Shown here one piece after another: positions 32,719 through 45,200 of a stretch of 64,000 bases of DNA. A model generated the notes under the pieces. That model saw only the letters and a list, made by a program, of their open reading frames with translations, did no database searches and had not been told where the DNA came from. Position 1 is the stretch's first letter. Each line of letters opens with the position of its first letter. Both the position numbers and the translations under genes were made by a program. The stretch spans positions 2,604,001-2,668,000 of the forward strand of contig NC_027218.1 of the NCBI RefSeq assembly GCF_000981445.1, given 5' to 3'. The stretch comes from Babesia bigemina (lineage: Eukaryota).

Positions 32719-35490
32719 ATGAAGAAGAAGGTGACGTCCGATATCCGGTCGCTCGTGGAGCACGCCGTGGAAACAGGAGAGCGCTGCCTGTTCGTAATTG
32801 TGGGCGACAAGGGCCGTTTGCAGGTGTCCAACTTGCACTACTTGCACCAGCGCGTTTCTGGTAACAAGGCCAAGGTGCTATGGTGCTACAAGAAAAACCT
32901 GGAGATGTCGTCGCACCATCGCAAGCGTCACAAGATGCAGAAGAAGCTTGCATACAAAGGTTTGTACGATGAGGCGACTGAGGACCCCTACGAGCTGTTC
33001 CTCCGTACCACGGAAATTCGCTACTGCTACTACAAGGAGTCCCAAAAGGTTCTTGGTCAAACATTTGGCTTCCTCGTACTCCAGGTATGTATAGTGTTGT
33101 TGGTTAATCCCATTTTCCGTAATTTGCGTAATGGCTTTATGAACGCCCATAGACAACTTAACATTTCTGTAGGACTTCGAGGCGCTAACTCCAAACGTGC
33201 TATGCCGCACAGTTGAGACTGTACAGGGTGGAGGCATTATAATCCTGCTGTTACACACGATGTCATCCCTGAACCAGCTATACGAGATTTCTATGGACAT
33301 CCACGCCAAGCTCGTAAGCCACGGCCACAGCACTATCGAGCCAAGATTTGTGAAGCGTTTCATCTATTCGTTGGCCAGTGCGCGCAACACAATCGTCGTT
33401 GACGACGAACTTAACGTGCTGCCGATAGCCAAGATGACGCTGTCAGATTTGACTAAGTCGCGAAGCGATAAGAAGTTGAGCAAACTGCAGCTCTCTCTGA
33501 GCTCGAGTGAAGAGGACGCCCTGGAAATGAAGATTTTGACAAAGATTTCCACACTGTGTATCAAGCATGGCCAGTTGAAGGCTCTGATAACGCTGTTCAA
33601 TGCAGTTTCAAAGGGCGCCGAGATCCAGCAGCGTCTTAACATAACAACGATCTTAAGCGCTCGTGGTAGGGGCAAGAGTGCGACCATCGGGTTGTTCCTA
33701 TCATCGGCTTTGAACATGGGGTTCCGCAACATCCTGATCGTTGCCCCCGCCGTGGAAAATGTACAGACGCTATACAGCTTTTTGGAGAGCGGCTTGCAGT
33801 TGCTGGGCACGCCCGACAACTCCAAGGTGGTCGTGTCACGGAAAGACGGTTACGTGGAGTGCTTGACGCTCACCGTGAGGGGAAGCACATGCGTGAAGTT
33901 TGTAGAGTCGAGCACCATCGACCCTAAAGTGGGCGCCAACAACTACCTGTTCGACATACTGATCATTGAGGAGGCTGCGTCCATCCCTCTGCCAATCGTG
34001 GAATCATTATGCAAAAAAGGCATAGTCATAATTTCGTCCACAGTGGGCGGTTACGAGGGCACTGGCCGTTCGTTGAGCTTGAAGCTGATTGAGCGTTTCC
34101 GTAACACGATCCCGGACGCGCTCACCGAGATAACGCTGAAGGAGCCCATCCGTTACAGCAAAAACGACTCCATTGAGAACTGGCTCAACGGGGTGCTGTG
34201 TTTGGGCACCCCTGTGGATGATCCGAAGGAACGCACGACGTTACCACCTCCAAACAAGTGCCAACTGTATTTGGTGAACCGCGACGTGCTGTTTTCGTAC
34301 CATTCCAAGGCCGAGTCCTTTTTGAACTCCATCACGGCGGTGTTGTCGTCATCGCATTACCGCAACTCCCCGGACGACCTGCTGCTGCTGAGCGATGCGC
34401 CCGCTCACAAGCTGTTTGTGCTTATGGCCCCGGGTTTGGAGTCGGAGGACCAGGATTCCGTATCCGCGCTGGAGAGCCGCGTTTTTTGCGTGCTGCACGT
34501 AGCCATTGAAGGCAGAATAAGCAAGCTGGTCGCGAAGGAGGCAGTAGCGCAGGGCACCACCAAGAAGAGCGGCGACCTGATTCCGTGGACCCTGACTCAG
34601 AACTTCTGCAGCGAGGACTTTTGTCAGCTGCTCGGCGTTCGCATAGTGCGCATCGCAGTGCCCCAGGCGCTGCAGAATATGGGATACGGATCGGAATGCC
34701 TCTCTCAGTTCATCAGCTGCGTCAATGGTGCGGTGAACCAGGTTCCCGCAAGTGATTCCCTGCTGGTGCCCGTGGATCCTGCCGCAGCCCTTGAGGATGG
34801 TGCCGAAAAGGTCGACTATGTTGGCACGTGCTTTGGATTAAACTCTCAGCTGCTCAAATACTGGATTAAACAATCGTTCAAGCCAGTTTACTGTAGACAG
34901 GTACCGAACGAGGCGACTGGCGAGTTTTCCATTATTTTGCTGCGCGCTACCGATAATGCCGCATCGGCATCCGAATCTGACGGAGCGCAGAAAGAATGGC
35001 TGAGCGAGTTCTGCTCCGACTTCTCAAGGCGCCTGCTCGGGCTATCTGGTTCGTGCTGGCGATCGCTGCCCGCCACTTTGGTGCTCATGCTGCTGACGGC
35101 CTCGAGTGAGCACATCAAGGCGCACGACGACAAGACGCTTCTAGAGGTGGTTAGTTGAATTATACATCATATAATTACGCACAGTTTACTTCTTTCGATT
35201 TGGGTCGGCTTGAGCGCTACTCTGCACAGCTTGCAGAGTTCACGTTGGTTACGGACCTGCTGCCCATAATGTGCCGCTTCGTGTTCGAGAAAAAAGTGGA
35301 CATCTCGCTGTCCTACCTGCAGTGCGCCATACTGCTCGGTATCGGCTGCCAGGGCAAATCCCCGATGGCTCTATCGCAGGAGCTCAACATGCCGCTCAAC
35401 CAGACTATGGCGCTGCTCCATAAGAGTGTGAGCAAGTTCTCCAAGAAGCTGAGTCAGCTGGAGAAGGAACAGGTCGCTAATTCTCTTTGA
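32719..35490 (+). CDS. NAT10: RNA cytidine acetyltransferase NAT10/Kre33 (exons 32719-33084, 33173-~35149, 35185-35490)
   Basis: MKKKV..IRSL, VLWCYKK, LQ|DFEALTPNVLCRTVETVQGGG, ARGRGKSA, GYEGTGRSLSLKL, SSHYRNSPDDLLLLSDAPAH, GDLIPW, RIVRIAV..MGYGS. Confidence 0.95.
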
Positions 35491-36724
35491 GTGCTGCCTT
35501 CTTTTTCGCGTTGCTTTGGTTGACATAATCTAGCCACAATATGGCGTCCGCCTCCCACTCCTTGAGGCGCGCCTCCAGCTTGTTGATTGTGCTTTGCTGC
35601 TGTTGTATGACGTCGTCCTTCCTCTTGACCAGCTTTTGCGTTTCTGCGTCCTTGCGGTACAAGGCAGTCACAAGCGCCTCCAGTGTGTTCGTCCCCGATT
35701 GCCGCAGAACCCCGTCCTCAGCAGGCCGGTCCGTCGGTGTCAGCTTGAGTAGCGGCATCTGCGATAAAAGCTGTGCCTGGTCTTGCAGCAACTGCTGGTA
35801 CCTGTCCTGGTGCGCCTTGATTATACCGTTGAGATCCTGCTTTTCCGCTTCGAAGTTCTGTTCCACCGTTTTCTTCTGCTTCTGCAGGCGCTGGTTCTCT
35901 GACTTCAGGTACTCGATTTGCTTGCGCAACGCTGATGTTTCGGCAGCTGACTCCTCCTTGGTGGCTTTAAGCTGCTCCACCAACGAATCCAGCGTCTTAG
36001 CGTTGGGCTTCACCTCTCCCTTGATGACGTTTTCGAACTGTGTGAGGAAGTCGATCTGCTTCTGCATCGCCTGTATCTCAAGCTCGTGCTTTGACTCCGC
36101 CTTGAGGTAAATGTCGGCCATCTCCTCAAAGAGCAGCGCGAGGTTGTTGTCAGGCCCGAATGCATCGCATATCACGGAGTATATGGCGTCCATGATCTGC
36201 TCACAGTTTTGCCCGAACTCCTTGACATCGAGTGTCTTTATCGCCTCCAGCGCAGCTGCATACGCATTCGCCGCCTCCGAGTTACTCTCAGCGGTCTCCA
36301 TCTGCGACATGAGTTGTCTGTTTTGTTCTCTGAGCTGCTCCACTTGTTGCTCCAGTGACTCGCGCTGCCTCCCCTCCGCTCCAAGTTTGAGGCTAAGCTG
36401 CTGCACATTTTCGACCAGGTCCTTTATACTTGTGTGTTTGCTCTGCACACACTCGTCGTTAGGGCCATCGAGCGCTGGGATGGTTTCCGATTCTGCGGTC
36501 GAGACCCTGTCTTGGTCCTGCTCCCTGCCCGTGTACCGCTTGACCTGCGCGCTATCGTCGAGGGCGTTCTTCGCCCACTCGACATCGTCTGCGCTGATAA
36601 CGCCGAACAAGTACTCCTTGTTCCTGTTCTTGTCCTGCGGCGTGTGTTTTGCGCGATGTGTATGTCCTACCCTCGCGGCTGCCTTGCGCCTGGCGGCGAC
36701 CACCTCGCTAAAGGCGCTGCACAT
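35477..36724 (-). CDS. Coiled-coil hypothetical protein (~400 aa; may be joined to the upstream LRR ORF)
   Basis: Long ORF with heptad-rich Q/E/K helices; probable in-frame 36-nt intron near the 5' end. Confidence 0.7.
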   Translation of the reverse strand: MCSAFSEVVAARRKAAARVGHTHRAKHTPQDKNRNKEYLFGVISADDVEWAKNALDDSAQVKRYTGREQDQDRVSTAESETIPALDGPNDECVQSKHTSIKDLVENVQQLSLKLGAEGRQRESLEQQVEQLREQNRQLMSQMETAESNSEAANAYAAALEAIKTLDVKEFGQNCEQIMDAIYSVICDAFGPDNNLALLFEEMADIYLKAESKHELEIQAMQKQIDFLTQFENVIKGEVKPNAKTLDSLVEQLKATKEESAAETSALRKQIEYLKSENQRLQKQKKTVEQNFEAEKQDLNGIIKAHQDRYQQLLQDQAQLLSQMPLLKLTPTDRPAEDGVLRQSGTNTLEALVTALYRKDAETQKLVKRKDDVIQQQQSTINKLEARLKEWEADAILWLDYVNQSNAKKKAALKEN

Positions 36725-36781
36725 TCTATTCGGGTCTAGGGGGAGTCAACATTCAAACATTGTTGGTTACTACTGGATGGT

Positions 36782-38020
36782 TCAGGCCGCCGAGTCGGTC
36801 GGCCTTACAATGGTGTCGGGCATGGCAAAGTGAGAGGAGAGGTCGCGTTCAATCCTTTCCGCCCACGCAGCCTCGATAACTCTACGACCGCCTCTAACCA
36901 TAGAGATGTGTTGATTGTCGTCGACAGGGTATGCTTTGCCGCGAATGAATGACTTGGGTGAGTGTGTGTCGTCATCCTGGTCGGTCGAGGTGTCTAACGC
37001 GTTGATGGATAGCGGTGAGTTCGTCTCGCTTCCGCTTCCCAGTGTCGACGACACCGCGGTGTCTGCGCGTCCCTTGAAACCATGTTTGTCGGCTTCGCTG
37101 AGGTCCACCATGGTCGTGATTGTTTCGATGTGCTGCCTAGGGCAGTGGGTGCGTACTACGAAATGCGCGGCGTCCAAGCGTATATCCGAGTAATCCCTAG
37201 GCGTTTTGAGTTCCCTGGGCAGTTGATCTCCAGCGAACCTGAAATCTGCAAACTCCGATTCGTATTCCACGAACTCCTTCTGCAACAGTTTCCCGAGGTC
37301 GATGGGTCCGACCTTAACAACCCGGGGGTGGTTGAGTGTGATATGCCCCGGTACAACAAGTTCCGCCTCTTTATCCTGTTCCACCAGATCCATGAGACGA
37401 TGTTCATTAGTGATATGGCATTCTTGTAGGAAAATCCGCGGCCCGCTCCCGAACGGGATACGCAAAATCGCCTCCGCATCTACGCTGACGTTTCCCGTCA
37501 GGTCGAGCAGAGTGATTCCCGAGAAAGCCGACAACCCCGAAATTTCGGAGATTCGGTTGTTTGCCAACAGCAAACATTCCACAGTGGCCGCTGTGTCAGG
37601 CTCTGCCAGCACGCAGGTGATGTCGTTTGCCTCCAAATCCAGGAGGCTATACTCCGCGGTATTCACGACGGTTATAGGGTAATCAACTTCGTCAGCCGTC
37701 GCCAGCACAGTCGCCTCTCCCGCTTTCCGCAGGCACACAGTCTTGAAACGGTTGCTCCTGAGCTTGACGGTGCGCAGGCTGCCCATTTTCCATAGCGGCT
37801 TGAACGCGTTGATATTGTTGTTGCTCGCGTCTAACACCCGGAGATTTACAAATCTCTCCAGCCCTTCAAGTGATTTGAGCCCACACATCTGCACATGTAG
37901 TTCTCTGACATCGCCGAACGAGAGTCCAACTCCGTCCATGCTCTTGGCAACTGCCGAATCCCACAGGGAGTACAGCGACTGTCCACTAAGGTCCAAAATC
38001 ATCTTCGCTAGATTCAACAC
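36782..38020 (-). CDS. Leucine-rich repeat protein (SDS22-like repeats)
   Basis: LKSLEGLERFVNLRVLDASNNNI, LRTVKLRSNRF, LLDLEANDI, LLLANNRISEISGLSAFSGITLLDLTGN. Start codon uncertain. Confidence 0.75.
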   Translation of the reverse strand: MLNLAKMILDLSGQSLYSLWDSAVAKSMDGVGLSFGDVRELHVQMCGLKSLEGLERFVNLRVLDASNNNINAFKPLWKMGSLRTVKLRSNRFKTVCLRKAGEATVLATADEVDYPITVVNTAEYSLLDLEANDITCVLAEPDTAATVECLLLANNRISEISGLSAFSGITLLDLTGNVSVDAEAILRIPFGSGPRIFLQECHITNEHRLMDLVEQDKEAELVVPGHITLNHPRVVKVGPIDLGKLLQKEFVEYESEFADFRFAGDQLPRELKTPRDYSDIRLDAAHFVVRTHCPRQHIETITTMVDLSEADKHGFKGRADTAVSSTLGSGSETNSPLSINALDTSTDQDDDTHSPKSFIRGKAYPVDDNQHISMVRGGRRVIEAAWAERIERDLSSHFAMPDTIVRPTDSAA

Positions 38021-39163
38021 ACAACAATTCCTCTATTAATTCACGATTTGGCGTCAACCGCTACGGTATCGACCGACCCTTCGTTACAGCTACGCTCTCT
38101 GCGTAGATACACGCGAACGCGCCTCTTGCAAGCGCGTAAGATAAACACCTATTTTACCACCGTGATCCGTATAACTTGTGACCAAACACCCGCCTTAATC
38201 GCGCTTTAGTTACGTGCGTGCACGCAAGTAACCTACACGGCCGCTTAATAACCGTTTCTTTTCGCGCCCTGCACAGAATACAGAGCCAAAAGCTATGAGA
38301 AATATTTAACAATGCGCGATCACAGTAGACCGCGCTAATTTATAATGCAGTACGCGGGGGTCCGTGCCCCCCCGGCGGCAACATCATATGCATAAAATGC
38401 GGCTCCCATAGTTGCCAACTGTTCTGTCTACGCAACCGAGACGCTTCGTAATATTCATAGATGTCTTCTACGCATCTACAGTCATGACTGTGTTTGTATG
38501 TTTGTGCTTATGTGCGTTTTGCTAAGGTATGCGCGCTGCGATTGCGGGGGTGACTTCCACACATTTATAGGTTATTGCCATCAATTTGTGTCACATGCCG
38601 CATTTTGAACTACACAATGCGCGATTTGTCGGCGGTAAGCAATTGTGCGCGTATTTAGACATCGGCTTACCCCTGGTCATATGTGCAGTGCTTTGGCGGC
38701 CCGGATCACGCACACACCACAATTCCAGCTGACAACAGTCCATGTATGTTCAATCTACTCTTGACTCATAGCGTGTGTGTTATCGAAAGCGGTTTAAGAT
38801 CTATTTCGCACCGCTGGGTCGTTGCTGTTTGTCGCATTTGCTCAAAGGGGATTATTTAAGGGATGCCCAGTCACTGTACAGTATACAGATACGCCGTAAC
38901 CCGTGTATTATATGGCAGCGGTGTGCGTCAAAGCGGTTAGCTCATAAGGGCGTGCCCTGCCTGCTGCCACGACTTCCCAGGCAGCGCGCTTCGGTATAGC
39001 ACTGGCAGGCTCAAGCAAGGTGATCGGTACCTCGCTACAACACAACAATTAATACTAACTTAATTTCCCCCCAAATCTCTACTACATCCGAACTCCTCGC
39101 GGTGGTCGTCCCCACCCGGATTCCACGCCTGAGTTCACTTCCCAGTTTATGTCGTCCTTCAAG

Positions 39164-41013
39164 ATGGCAAGCGGGACGCAGACGTATAATTTTAAGGTGG
39201 GTGAGGCTCGCGTAAAGCGTTTTAACGATGTATTCAGGGTATCACCACGATCCCTACGGCCACGGCGCTGCTGGACACCGTGCTATCGGAGACCCAGCGC
39301 CGTACGCCGACGGAGGTCCACAAGCAGTTCAAGATATCCCGTATTCGGAAGTTCTACATGCGCAAGGTGAAGTATGTGCAGCAGGCGTTCCGAGACCGGC
39401 TTCAACGCATCCTGAGCCAGTTGCCTCAGTTGGACGTAGGTGTTTCGTGGCTTGATTTTCACTTTGGTTAGGACATCCACCCATTCTACAGCGACCTGTT
39501 CAATGTGCTGTACGACCGTGACCACTACAAGCTCGCGTTGGGTCACTGCAATGCAGCTCGTCGTCACCTTGACAAAATCGCAAAGGAGCACGTAGGCCTG
39601 ATCAAGTTTGCGATCTCCGCATATCGGTGTAAGTCGCTGAAGGTCGCCGGCCTGGGTCGCATGGCCAAGGTAATCCGCAAGCTGGCTGGGAGTTTAAAGT
39701 ACCTGGAGGATGTGAGGCAGCACATGTCCCGTCTCCCCTCGATCAACCCCTACACGAGGACCCTGTTGCTGACCGGTTACCCAAATGTGGGTAAATCCAG
39801 CTTCATGAACAAGGTTAGCAAGGCCAACGTGGACGTGCAGCCGTACAGTTTCACGACTAAGAGTCTGTACGTGGGCCACTTCGACCACGACTACCTGCGT
39901 TGGCAGGTGATCGATACCCCCGGTCTGTTGGACCACCCCCTGGACGAGCGCAACACTATCGAGATGACGGCCATTACTGCGCTGGCGCACATATACTGCG
40001 CAGTGCTGTTCTTCATCGATGTCAGCGAATCCTGCGGTTACTCGATCGAGCAGCAGGTTGCGCTCTTCGAGTCCATCCGTCCCCTGTTTAAGGACAAGCC
40101 CACATTGGTGGTGTTGAACAAGATCGATTTGGGCCCATTTGATATGAATCGCATGGTTAGTTTGGAAGGTTTACGGTGGGTGAAGGTGTCTGCCCTGACT
40201 GGTGAGAACGTGGACGACGCCAAGATTGCCGCCTGCAGGCTGCTGCTCGAGTCGCGTTTGGAGAAGAAGCTGAGCCAGGCTCCGCAGAGTGCGGTGCTTA
40301 AGTTGGCTTACGTGACCAACGTTACTCCCAACCCGGCCCGTCCCCCAACTGAGCGTCCTGAACACGCCGGTTCCGGGGAGGTCGAGACCGAGAAGCAACT
40401 GGAGGCTATGGGCGGAGGTCCCGGTGTGTACTCCGTGGACCAACGCAAGCATCACATATTGGCTGATGACGACTGGAAATACGACGAGGTCCCCGAGATC
40501 TACCGAGGACGTAATGTGGTCGACTACGCCTATCCCGGTAACGAGGAGACCTTGCGCCGGCTGGAGAAGGAAGAGGAGCTGCTTCTGCGCCAACTCGCGG
40601 ACGACACCATCGACGACGAATGGGAGGATCTTGCCGAACGTGAGGCTGAAATGCACTCTCGCATTCGCCAGGTGAAGTTCGAGAACTCGCTGAAGCGCAA
40701 GAAGGGCGGCCCAGTGCTGAACGAGACTATAAAGGTCAAGAAGATGCGAAGCAAGGGCAAGGACCGCATCAAGTTGCACCAGCGTGCTTCTCGTCTCGCG
40801 CCCATGCCCATTGACACGATTGAGGGTAAGCTCGAGGAGGCCAAGAGCCGCCAGAGGCAGGGCCAGGGCGAATCCGTGTCCTTCTCTCGCCCCAAGGCAC
40901 GCGTGAAGGTTCCTAAGGGCACGTTCAGCGAGCACGACCGCACCATAGCGGTGAAGCGCCCGAAGCACATGTTCACCGGCAAGCGCACGTTGGGTAAAAC
41001 ATCCCGTCGTTGA
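39164..41013 (+). CDS. NOG1: Nucleolar GTP-binding protein 1 (3 exons)
   Basis: [86 protein letters not shown]-terminal [17 protein letters not shown]. Confidence 0.95.
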
Positions 41014-42211
41014 TGCTTGCCTACCAACTTTCGGTCTAATGCAGATTTGGCTTTTACGGCCATATATTGTCTCGTTTACTCAGAGTACTGTCGTAACTTG
41101 AGGGTCAAACGATGTTTCCCCGCATGTTGTAACGTCACCACGTACCGGCGTCTACGTGCCTGTTGGCGGCAGTGCCATTTGATGACGGCGACGTGCATGG
41201 TTGTGGGCGCATGGTTCTGGATAACAGTAGGCGTCACGTAGTGAATGTACTGGGCGGCATAATGCGCCAACTGCTACCCAGATCCTTCATAGCTGAGGTT
41301 CCAAGTGTCTATGTCTCAGGAAACCGATCATACTGCACACACCCAGCCACTTGGACGTCATATGTGCGTTAGGTGACTAATGACGTCTAGTAGTGACATT
41401 TCAGATGCGCTGCGACCAATAAAACACCAGGGTGTGTGTGTAAACGTACAAACGCAGATAACACATGTGGTCATGCACCGCAAACAGGGTATGCACTAAA
41501 TATATGTTTGGTATAGTAATGATATTCAACAGAATGTACACATCAGATAGTTCCGGGGATTTTGCTTCAACATCGGCTTATTAGCAGCGTAACTTGCGTC
41601 TGTGTCCATGTTTGTAACGAGACCTTGTGCCATCTACTCTGCCTTCTTAAATAGCTGCGACACTCCTTCAATACACTGGGCATAATTGCATCGTAAAACA
41701 CTCACAACCAACTCTACTTCCAATCGGTATCCCGAAACCAAACTCTATGACGCATATTACGGTGACCGGGATGATAATGGAGCATATTAAGCCAAAAACG
41801 CAAGAAACCAGCTTCTTGGTGGCGCTCATCTTAGCAACTCTAACTGGCTTGTACTATAAGCTATGTGTAAGTAAAATATGAATAACTTAGAGACACTAAC
41901 TTGGTGGTTAGCGTATCCCGGACGTATTAACTAGTCGTCTAGTGATTCCAGTAGGCCTGGTTGATAAAATTTTTTATTACAAACACACGTCTACAGCTGA
42001 CTACTGTGATGTCTCTGTGGCCTGTTTAGTGGGACTAGTGCGGCAACTGGGACAGCAGGTGGCACTACTGTCGCGAATGAGCGCAGAATTTTCCCTGCTG
42101 CTATGGCACCGGCTGCTCAAGCTTCCAGGGCACATTTCTCTATTCACAGGCTACTCTGACACGCTTTTGCATCATTTGTGTACAATTTATAGCATCTAGA
42201 CAGCTAGGTGT

Positions 42212-45200
42212 CTATGAAGCCGGCATGAGTTCGTCTAGCATTCTGAGGCTCTTGGCCAGCGCTTCGTCGGAGCACGGTATCAACATGATCACTTTTCTGA
42301 GTTCCTCACGATTTTTGATGTGAGGCAGCTCCTTCTTGACCGTCTGAAGTTCGTCCGGAGGCGCGAATGCGATCGCCCGGATGAACTTGGACATCTCGGT
42401 GTCAGCAGCATACACGCCATCTCTGGTCAATAGCCGTTGCCGGACGTTATTCAGCGCGGCTGCGCCAATTTCCTCGCCAACTATGATCCTGGCCTCGCGC
42501 AATTCTTCCGGCGTCAAGGTGAGAACGCGTCTGGACAGGTTGACTATCCCTTGCAGGGAGTCAAAGTTCTCCTCCCCTCCTTCGAAGTGTAGTGCGAAGA
42601 AGTCCTCCAGAGGGTACGTGAATACCCTTGTTTCCGCCTTGTCCTCTCCGAGGTTGATGCAATCGTTGATGATATTGATGAACCAGTGTATGCGTCTGGA
42701 CCTCTCAAACGGTATGAACTTGTTGAAGTCCTGGCCCCGGAGTATGGTGACCAGTTTCTTCATAGCTTCAAGTCCGCTTTCCGGGTCATACCACTCACGT
42801 ATGCGGATGCCTACATGCGTTTTGTATATCTCCTCCACCTCCTTTGGGCCCAGCTCGTATGCCCTGTGCAGGTGCTCGACTTCGTTGAGTGATTCCAGGC
42901 AGAGTTCCTCGTTGCTGAACTTCTGCAGGAACCTGTGATAAAACTTCCTGCCTAGTCGGTTGAGCACTTCCCTCCTCGTATCCTTGATGAGTCCGTATAC
43001 GGCGCACTGCTCGTCCAGTTTTTCCTGGTCCACCTTGCCATGCACGTCTACATGCGATATAATGAAGGCCCCCATGATTTCCTCCATGATGGCGCTGTTT
43101 TGGGCCCTGATTGAGAAGCGCATCCTGCGTTTTCCGTCTGCCATGTACATCACCCCTAGCCTCTTGAATTCGTCGATTATGAATTCACACATGTCCAGGA
43201 ACTGCCGACCTGGTGTGCGTTTCATCATCAATTTGTTCGCCTCCACTATGAGGTAGTCGTACTCGGTCTTACGGAGTATCATGTCGAACGGCGTTTCCTG
43301 TATGAGCAGTTCCTTGGCTAGCGGCATCAGCTCCTCCTCTACGGCCTTCGGCCAGTCCTGCGGCGAACGCTTCATCACGGCTCCGCAATGCAGGTCGAGC
43401 GCATGCTGCGAACAATGCCAAACACATATCTAACCACTTACCGAGAAGCATTTGGTATGTATTTCCGCGATCTTTTGCGGCGTGAGCTTGAAGAACGCTT
43501 GTATCTTTTTTATGTTCTCCAATTCCAGCTCGGACGGCACCTTCGACGAGTACAGATACGTTATCCTATTGTACACTGATGGGTCGAAAGGATTGAAATA
43601 GTGGTCCTCGACGTCACCGATGTCATCCTCGATGTGTTCCACGTAAGCTCCGGTACGCTTCAGCAGATCTTCTTCGTAGGCAACGGCGCATACATTCTGG
43701 GCCATCTCCTCGTCGCAGTCCAATTCCCGGCACCAATCGACGTTCGACCCCAAGCTGCACAGGATATGACGTTACGCAACGGCACGCATTGCTTACCTGT
43801 CCTTCTGCCTCAGCCGCTGTCTTGCGTATAGTCGACGCCAGTGCTCATCACTCTTCTCCACTAGCCTGCACACGATGTAGTGAACGCGTATTCCACCTAC
43901 TTCTTCAAAAACGGGAAGATTGTCAGCACAGTCTTGATGTCTTCTTCATTTACGGCTCTCTTGCGGTAGCAATACACCACCCAACATGCGTAGGCCAACC
44001 GGCTGTCAATTATAGGGCGGTCAAGGGCGTGCGGGTCCTCGGGAAACTTGTAGTCGGGTTCATATTCCAATTCCTTGGGCCTTTCTCCAATGTGAAACTC
44101 GTTCGGTACGCATTCCAGCCGGGGGTCGAGTTCTCCCCTCTCGACCATCCTCGAGAGCTCCATCTGCAGCGGAATGGGCGTCAAGCTATCCTCGCCTGTA
44201 ATTTTTAGAGGTTCCACGTTTTTCAAGTCGGCCTCCCATTCTTCCTCGAGCTGTTTCCACTCCGACTTTTGGGGCGGTGGGTCGAGCATCTCCCAGTCGG
44301 CGTTCTCAATTTTGGCCACTTCCCCCGTACCCAGGATTTGGTGCCTGCCAAGTTTATAGTCAATGTACTGAAGGTTGTGCCTGAAAGCGCGCTCAAGCCT
44401 GTACCACAGCTTGCAGTCGATGGTGTCCGCAGCTGCATTTACTACGGCATTCCTGCCCCGCAGCAGCGAACTCATGTATTTTTCGACGAGGTTCCAATTA
44501 AGTTTGTTCCTGGCATTAATCATTTCCTTTTTGGCCTCTGACGCCGTTTTCTTGATAACGTCGCATATAGCGTTTACAAAAACTAGGTCTCTGCACCTAT
44601 AGCGCTGCATTATCTCCCTTATCTGGTCTGGCGTCACCGCAGTGAGGTCCCACGTCGCCAGTTCGTCTTTGAGGTCCTGGTACATGGCCACACTGCACGC
44701 ATCGAGCGTCACTTGCTCGGATATATTGGCCACCCTCGCCATCTCCAGCACCTCATCGTGGTTCAGTGCTTTGTTCTCGTGCAATTTCTGGGTGAGGTAA
44801 AACATCGCTTCGTTTTTGATTTCCTCAGTATGCTTTTTCGCTATATGGAACCCCTGTATCATTTCCTCCAGGTTACCGGTCTGGTTTCGGATCTCAGCAG
44901 CAATGAATTCCACGCATTGCTGCTTGAGGAACTGGGTATACTTCGGCAGCAGCCACTCCTCTCTGACGTGCAACGCCATGGAGAGCGCTTTGAGCATCTC
45001 CAATTTGTACCCAACCTTATGGGCCAAATCGGTTACTGCGTCCCTGGCTTGCTGCAGCTCAATTTGCATCCGGAGGTGTTTCTCTTCATCACTTTCGCCG
45101 AGGAACTCGTTGTGAGTGTCCACGCCGTATTCCCTCTCCAGCGTTATCCTTTTGAACTTGCCGCCGATCTGGTCGAGTTCCCTTGCGAACTTTTCAATGT

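Noticed and set aside
35541..36833. Ser/Cys-rich plus-strand ORFs
   Set aside because: Antisense reading of the Glu/Gln/Lys-rich coiled-coil gene.
40171..41063. Minus-strand ORFs of 265 and 177 aa
   Set aside because: Antisense to NOG1.
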